The position numbers were made by a program, and so were the translations under genes. From the NCBI GenBank assembly GCA_041576165.1, contig JBFGLM010000013.1:27893-91892 (forward strand): DNA of 64,000 bases. The letters run 5' to 3'. Below the pieces are notes generated by a model. It saw only the letters and a program-made list of their open reading frames with translations, had not been told where the DNA came from and searched no databases. This stretch comes from Acidimicrobiia bacterium. Its GTDB lineage: Bacteria; Actinomycetota; Acidimicrobiia; Spongiisociales; Spongiisociaceae. Of this stretch, positions 58,483 to 64,000 are shown one piece after another; position 1 is the first letter of the stretch; the number at the start of each line of letters is the position of its first letter.

Positions 58483-60366
58483 CTAGAGGTCGGCTATCCA
58501 AACCTCCAGCGGGGGTGGTTCGGGCGGTTCGGACTCGGTCATCATGCTCTCATCGAACGGCTGGCGCAGCAGCACTACCCGGCCGCCCACGACGATGACC
58601 TGTTGCACGAAGCCCGGCTGGTCGAACTGGTCGTCGAGGTAGGTCACCGACCACGTTGCACCGTCGGGACTCGAGAGGACTGCGGTCCGCTCGTTCATCG
58701 GTCCGCCGTCCATCTCTGCGTATGCGGCTTGCTGCGCATCCTCCAGGTCGGTGATGCCGATCGTGACCAGCGGATCGCCCGTGTCCGGATCTGTGTAGGT
58801 GAGCGTCGCAGCTTCGACATCGACAATCGGATTCTCCTGCGAGGTCTCCCACATCGGGAGCTCGAGCAGAACCTCGTCGCCATCTTGGACCGTGATGAAC
58901 CCTTCCATCTCATCCATGGTCACCGTGCGGCCGTTGTCTCCGGTCACGGTGACCGGTGGAGGCCCCATCATCTCGGACTCGTTGTAGCCCATCGCGACCG
59001 CCGCCAGACCCCCGTCCCCAGCACTCAGCGACTGGATATGCCAGGTTTCGGGTCCACCGAACGGGTCCTCCGGCGAAATGGCGGCCCACTCATCACCGGT
59101 CAGCTCGACGATGGCCATCTCGTTCCCCAGGAAAGCCAGCGCCAGCGTGCGGTCACCCCAGACATGGACCGAGTTGATGTCGAGACCTGATTCGAACCGA
59201 GTCCAGGTGATGCCGTCGGCCGATGTCCAAGCGGAGGGACCCGCTTCGCCTCCACCGACCGCCAGCATGTTGCCATCCGCCAGGGATGCAACCTCATGGA
59301 CATACGTGTTGGATTCGAACGGGTGCGACTCGAAGCGAGTCCAGTTCACCAGGTCGCCGCTGTGCCAGAGGATCGTCCGCGGCCCACCATCTGTACCTGA
59401 GAACATCATCTCGACCGCCGCGGTCGTCTCCGCGTCCCAGCCGAGCTCTTCCGGCCCGCCCCGCCACAGGGTCGTGCCACCCGGACCATCTACAGTGAAC
59501 TCAAATGGACTACCGCCCATCCCAAAGCCGTAACCTCCGCTTTCCTCCAGCACAGCCAGAATGTCCTCCGGCAGGCTGGCGAAGACCAGCTGTTCGATAT
59601 TGGGCTCAACCGAACCCAAAACCACGGCACCCCCGTCTCCAATGGCGGCCCAGCCCGTGTAAATCGAAATGGGCAGCATCGAGTCCTCAAATGGTGTCGC
59701 GGGGAGGACATCCTCGGTCCACGTCCGTCCGTCGGACGACGTCCACACAAGTGCCTCGCTGGATGGTGCAGGCCCAAAGAACGTTTGCTCGGCCGGGTCG
59801 GGCTCTTCCCACCGGGTGCCGACGGCTACGAAACCAGCCGGACCGGCCGCAAGCGCGCTGACATGAGTGGAACCCTCGGTAATGGTGCCCACCCTCGTCC
59901 AGTCGACCCCGTCCGTGGATGACCACAGCTCAGTCCGGTTCTCAGCCACATCCTCACTGAATACTCCCCCTGTGGCGTAAATCACCCCGTCGCGACCAAC
60001 GACGTCCTGTATCCAGCTCACCGGTAACGAGACGTCAACCCGGCTCAATTCGAGCGGTGGGCCATCCGGAGCGCCGGCGACCGTTGCGACAGCCTCAGAA
60101 GCAGTCGTAGTCGCCATGGCCGACGTGGTAGTGGCGGCAGACGCGGCAGACGCAGCCGGCGCCGCCTCCTCCAGCTCACCGCTCCCCCGGGAACCGACCA
60201 GGATCCCGACAACCCCGACGACCAGAACAACGGCGGCCGCGATCGCGGCGGCCACCCATCCCCGGCGAGAGCGCCGCTGGTCCAAGCGAATAGGTGAGCC
60301 TGCTTCGGCTTCGATGCGCCTGGCTCGAGCCTTCAGATGTCGGGATACGTCTTCCTCGATCCCCAT
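58483..60366 (-). CDS. Membrane-anchored Asp-box (BNR-like) repeat protein
   Basis: AGGAGG RBS; TM; SSTDGVDW, TSSDGRTW, TSADGITW, SSPDGATW. Confidence 0.75.
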   Translation of the reverse strand: MGIEEDVSRHLKARARRIEAEAGSPIRLDQRRSRRGWVAAAIAAAVVLVVGVVGILVGSRGSGELEEAAPAASAASAATTTSAMATTTASEAVATVAGAPDGPPLELSRVDVSLPVSWIQDVVGRDGVIYATGGVFSEDVAENRTELWSSTDGVDWTRVGTITEGSTHVSALAAGPAGFVAVGTRWEEPDPAEQTFFGPAPSSEALVWTSSDGRTWTEDVLPATPFEDSMLPISIYTGWAAIGDGGAVVLGSVEPNIEQLVFASLPEDILAVLEESGGYGFGMGGSPFEFTVDGPGGTTLWRGGPEELGWDAETTAAVEMMFSGTDGGPRTILWHSGDLVNWTRFESHPFESNTYVHEVASLADGNMLAVGGGEAGPSAWTSADGITWTRFESGLDINSVHVWGDRTLALAFLGNEMAIVELTGDEWAAISPEDPFGGPETWHIQSLSAGDGGLAAVAMGYNESEMMGPPPVTVTGDNGRTVTMDEMEGFITVQDGDEVLLELPMWETSQENPIVDVEAATLTYTDPDTGDPLVTIGITDLEDAQQAAYAEMDGGPMNERTAVLSSPDGATWSVTYLDDQFDQPGFVQQVIVVGGRVVLLRQPFDESMMTESEPPEPPPLEVWIADL

Positions 60367-60421
60367 CAGGGCCTCCTGGTTCGGAGCGCTGCCCACTGCC
60401 GGCCAGCGGATATGCCATCAA

Positions 60422-60447
60422 GACGCCCTACCGGCTGGGAACGTTCC
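60422..60447 (-). promoter_or_regulatory. ECF-type promoter GGAACG-N16-CGTC
   Basis: Upstream of 58483..60366; same pattern as 62654-62679. Confidence 0.55.
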
Positions 60448-60448
60448 A

Positions 60449-62104
60449 TCATTTCGTGCCGCCCGACGCCAACCGACCAATCCAGGTCTGGATCGAATCT
60501 GCGACGGCCCGCGGCTCGAGCGGGGACCGTCCAAATGCCAGCTCGGGCATCTGCTCGGCGGCCACCACTACGGCATCTGTGACCAACATCGGAGTGATCG
60601 GTGTCCCGTCGACGAGCGCGGGTGACGACCAGTCGGTGCCGTCACGACTGAATAGCGAGAAACGAGGACGATCGCGCAAGATCCGATCCTCTGCAGCGGC
60701 CAGGTCCGCCAGCGCGAAGCTCGTAACGGTCTCGGACCCCGATTCGTCGATGACTTCGAGGGCCGCCGCCGTCAGATCCACCGAGAATCGTGGCGAGTTC
60801 CACACTTCGGCGGACGATTCCAGAATCGTGTCTCCGGCCGCATCGAGGACTCGGACGCGGCTCCACGGGATCACCGCGAGCGCATGGCCATCGGGCCCCT
60901 CGACCCGGACTTCCGGACTGATTCGGGGTTGCTGGGTGACCGTGACCACCAGCCCACCCGGCCCTCCGACGGCCCCGGTCGTGAGATAGTCGCTGCGCAA
61001 CGGCAGCAGCCGGCCCGATCCCATGGTCGTCCAGCCTTCCACCGTCCACTGCCGGATAGACGGATAGCTCTGGCCGACCGCCAACAACCGCTCACCCCAC
61101 GCCAAAAGGCGCCCATCCATCGAAGCGTGGATGTCCGTGGCCACAGTCCCCGCCTCGGTCACGGAGATGATCTGAGCTCCACGCTTGTAGATATGCGCGA
61201 GTACTTCGCCGTTGTTTACGATCGGCCCCGACCCGATTGACGTACGCTCACCCAGCTCCACCTGCGCCCATGTGCCGTCTGTTGATGACAGCCACGCCAC
61301 AGCGCGTCCGGGTCCGGGCCGGCGCTCGCGTTCAAAACCCAGTTCCTCATAGGGGAAACGGGCTAAGGAGAGGCCCAAGGGGCCTTGCACCGCCAGTGCG
61401 TCTGTGATGTCGATCGCGGTGAGCTCCGGCCATTCAGCCAGCGCCCGCTCCCACTCGGCCGGAAGCGCGGCTACAGCTTCCGGCGGAGGATCACCCTCCG
61501 AACCCCCGATTTGGACGCTCACCACGGCGACCTGGTCCCCGGCCGCAACGTTCATCTGGGTCACCGGGTCTCCACGGTGCAGCGAAATCGGTTCTGACCA
61601 GGTGACTCCGTCCGCGGAACGCGTGACAGCCAGATCGAGAAAGGTCCCACGACCGGCGGATTCGGTGTGGACAGCGGCAATGTAGTAGCCGTCCGGAACG
61701 GACGCCACGGCCGAGACCACGTACTGGGTGCTGATGACTCGCTCGACCGGGATCCAGCTAGATCCGTCTTCGCTCGTGAACAATTCCAGGCCGCGTTCAT
61801 CGAGCGGCACGACATGTGCCAGCAGCGTGCCCTGCCGTTCGCTGACGGCGAGGATCCGCCGCCCAGGTATCTCCCCACCTATCTCCCAATCGAAGCCGGG
61901 AGGCGAGGGAACAGAGGTGACAGCCGCAGGGGTCGAAGCAACGAAATCACCTTGATCCGCCAGATCGTTCGGAGATGTCGGGTTGCCGCCCAGCCAGGCA
62001 AGCGCCACGGCGGCTGCCACCCCAATTCCTGTGCCCAGTGCCAGCGCGGCACGCCCGGCGCGCCGCCGGCGGGTGGTGCGTCCGACCACCGGATCAGTGG
62101 GCAT
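60449..62104 (-). CDS. Membrane-anchored Asp-box repeat protein (putative anti-sigma)
   Basis: Start overlaps sigma stop (TGATG); TM; TSEDGSSW, RSADGVTW, SRDGTDW. Confidence 0.75.
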   Translation of the reverse strand: MPTDPVVGRTTRRRRAGRAALALGTGIGVAAAVALAWLGGNPTSPNDLADQGDFVASTPAAVTSVPSPPGFDWEIGGEIPGRRILAVSERQGTLLAHVVPLDERGLELFTSEDGSSWIPVERVISTQYVVSAVASVPDGYYIAAVHTESAGRGTFLDLAVTRSADGVTWSEPISLHRGDPVTQMNVAAGDQVAVVSVQIGGSEGDPPPEAVAALPAEWERALAEWPELTAIDITDALAVQGPLGLSLARFPYEELGFERERRPGPGRAVAWLSSTDGTWAQVELGERTSIGSGPIVNNGEVLAHIYKRGAQIISVTEAGTVATDIHASMDGRLLAWGERLLAVGQSYPSIRQWTVEGWTTMGSGRLLPLRSDYLTTGAVGGPGGLVVTVTQQPRISPEVRVEGPDGHALAVIPWSRVRVLDAAGDTILESSAEVWNSPRFSVDLTAAALEVIDESGSETVTSFALADLAAAEDRILRDRPRFSLFSRDGTDWSSPALVDGTPITPMLVTDAVVVAAEQMPELAFGRSPLEPRAVADSIQTWIGRLASGGTK

Positions 62105-62589
62105 CAGCCAACTGAGGTGCCCAACGCCGCAAGCGCCCGATGGAGCCGGCTTTTCACAGTGCCGATCGGGACCGACAGCGCCTCGGAGATCTGTTCAATC
62201 GTCCAATCGTTGTAGAAACGCAGGATTACGACGGCCCGCTGTGCCATCGGGAGGTCAGCTATCGCCGGCGCCAGTTCAGGGTGAGGGACTGGATCGTGGT
62301 GTTCGCGATCTGGCATACCGGGCAGGGGCGTCTCCCGTCCGCCTCGCCGCAGCCAGGAGCGCGACCAGTTGAGACCGACCCGATACACCCAGCCCGCCGG
62401 GTTATCATAGGTCGACACCGTGGACCACCGCTCGTAGGCCCGGGTGAAGGCTTCATCGGTCGCTTCCGCCCCGAGCTGACGTGAGTTCAAGGTCAGGGAT
62501 AGCGCACGGAAGACGGCCGGGTGAACCTCGCGGTAGAACGCTTCGAAACCGGCGTCGGCTCGCTCGCCGGCGTCCGCCTGCATTGTCAC
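62104..62589 (-). CDS. ECF RNA polymerase sigma factor (SigE-like)
   Basis: GGAGGGG RBS; FEAFYRE, NPAGWVYRVGLN, QRAVVILRFY, GTVKSRLHRA. Confidence 0.92.
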   Translation of the reverse strand: MTMQADAGERADAGFEAFYREVHPAVFRALSLTLNSRQLGAEATDEAFTRAYERWSTVSTYDNPAGWVYRVGLNWSRSWLRRGGRETPLPGMPDREHHDPVPHPELAPAIADLPMAQRAVVILRFYNDWTIEQISEALSVPIGTVKSRLHRALAALGTSVG

Positions 62590-62653
62590 ATCCCCTCCAA
62601 GCCGCGCCCGCCCCGGGAAGCGTTCGGGCTATCGCACAGTCCGTTGACTGACA

Positions 62654-62679
62654 GACGCACCAGGACCTGGAAAGGTTCC
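62654..62679 (-). promoter_or_regulatory. ECF-type promoter GGAACC-N16-CGTC
   Basis: Upstream of the sigma gene, consistent with autoregulation. Confidence 0.55.
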
Positions 62680-62756
62680 CGGACAGCCTTCGTGTCGGGG
62701 ATCCGCCCACGCGAGCTGAATACGCGTCGCGTCAGGCTACACGTCCGGCCGATGCG

Positions 62757-64000
62757 TCACGGACGGGGCGTGGCGATCCAAATCTGGGACGGTGCGTCGG
62801 TGGCGATCCACGGATAGATGGGGCCGGAAGCGATGGCGAAGGAATTGTCCATCCCGACGACGGCCGACGCGAGGGTCGGATGAGCGTCGGGAGCGAGGTC
62901 GGCGAGGGATTGAAATCTCCACTCGTCGCCGTATACGTAGAGAACGCCACCCGACTCGGCCACCTCGTAGCGGAGTTGTTCGGCAGCCATCTCCTCGAGT
63001 TGTTCAAGTGTCACGCTGCCGGCCACGTCGCCGGAGCGGTCGATGATGCGCAACAGCCCGTTGTGGGGATCGAACTCCAGGGCCGGATCGGGGGAGTACA
63101 TGCTGGCGGATGCGATCTCGACGCCCTCAGCATTCTCCACCCGAAAGGCGCCGCGGTCGAGATTGGCGACGAGGTGGTTCCCGTTCCCGATGTCGATCGC
63201 ACGAGGCACCCGATCGAGCAGCCGGAGTCCGGGCGTGGTCGGGAACATCACGGCCGTTTGGCTTCCCGCTCCCGGTCCAGGACCGACGATGTCCTGACCG
63301 GCAATGTCAAATCGATATCGGACGAACTGCCCGTCCGAGCCGTAGCGATGTATCTCAGGACCGGTTCCTGCGAACGCCACCGTGTACATCGCATCGGGTA
63401 TCACTGCAGCCGCCACCGGCTCAGCGCCCGATGAGAAGAGGATTGACTGCTCCCACTCGGTCTCGCCGAGATTGCGCCAGAGGCCGGCTGGTGACGCCAC
63501 AAAGGGCGCATCCCCGCTGCCGGAACCGGCCGCCACCACCCACCGTCCGTACGGCGGAGCCGGCACGTGCTCCCATCGAGTCAAATCGGGCGACCACAAC
63601 ATCACCGGATTGCGGAGCTGGCTCTGATCTCCGATTCCAAGTTCGCTGCGGTCGAACGTAGCGAGCGGGGTACCGAAAGCCTTTTCATGTAACGAGATCT
63701 CGTCCTGGCCTGCCTCGGCCACGAAGACTCGCCCGTCCGCAACCAGCTCCTGGTAGGGCGCCGGGAAGGCGAAGGTCAAGGCGACATCCAGCTCGGAAGC
63801 GCTGAGGCCGATGAGCCAGGCACCGTCACCCGTGACAATCGCGGCCTGCACGTATAGCCCCTCGCCTGCGATGTCGCCGATCGACTGTTCCAGCCAATCC
63901 CGGCCGTCGCCGGACGTGCGGACGAGGTATGAGCCGGGATCACTGCTGCCCGGGAAGACGCCCAATGGGCCACCACGTACGCTCACCACCAGCAGACCCG
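62757..64000 (-). CDS. Third Asp-box repeat paralog (5' end outside window)
   Basis: TSGDGRDW, WSPDLTRW; shares insertion domains with the two downstream paralogs. Confidence 0.7.
   Translation of the reverse strand, partial: GLLVVSVRGGPLGVFPGSSDPGSYLVRTSGDGRDWLEQSIGDIAGEGLYVQAAIVTGDGAWLIGLSASELDVALTFAFPAPYQELVADGRVFVAEAGQDEISLHEKAFGTPLATFDRSELGIGDQSQLRNPVMLWSPDLTRWEHVPAPPYGRWVVAAGSGSGDAPFVASPAGLWRNLGETEWEQSILFSSGAEPVAAAVIPDAMYTVAFAGTGPEIHRYGSDGQFVRYRFDIAGQDIVGPGPGAGSQTAVMFPTTPGLRLLDRVPRAIDIGNGNHLVANLDRGAFRVENAEGVEIASASMYSPDPALEFDPHNGLLRIIDRSGDVAGSVTLEQLEEMAAEQLRYEVAESGGVLYVYGDEWRFQSLADLAPDAHPTLASAVVGMDNSFAIASGPIYPWIATDAPSQIWIATPRP

Overview
High-GC (visually about two-thirds G+C) chromosomal segment. 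Gene content (DUF3039, PAC2, bS22/AURKAIP1, DosS/DosR-like pair, ECF sigma/anti-sigma pairs, many apparently leaderless genes) points to an actinobacterium, plausibly Acidimicrobiia (inference). It carries a sugar ABC binding protein, manC, two glucose/sorbosone dehydrogenases, a DosS/DosR-like hypoxia cluster, a response regulator-HEAT-GT2 module, purCSQL...purFM interrupted by three accessory genes, an M6-like protease, lnt, csoR-copZ-copA, thrB, tRNA-Gly(CCC), dcd and an array of ECF sigma factors with Asp-box surface proteins. No transposase, integrase, phage gene or CRISPR array was seen. Signals missed by the ORF track: two genes split by an in-frame TGA at a catalytic Cys position, each with a SECIS-like hairpin (a SelW/Rdx protein and a CTP-synthase-glutaminase-like protein next to dcd); a ZMP/ZTP-riboswitch-like variant before purF; a roughly 185-nt Ms1/6S-like RNA candidate; a roughly 300-nt structured region with tandem NrdR-like boxes between convergent genes; two covarying 48-bp hairpin repeats flanking a nitroreductase; a histidine pseudokinase; and paired DosR-like boxes. 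All calls were made by eye; no database searches or folding programs were run.
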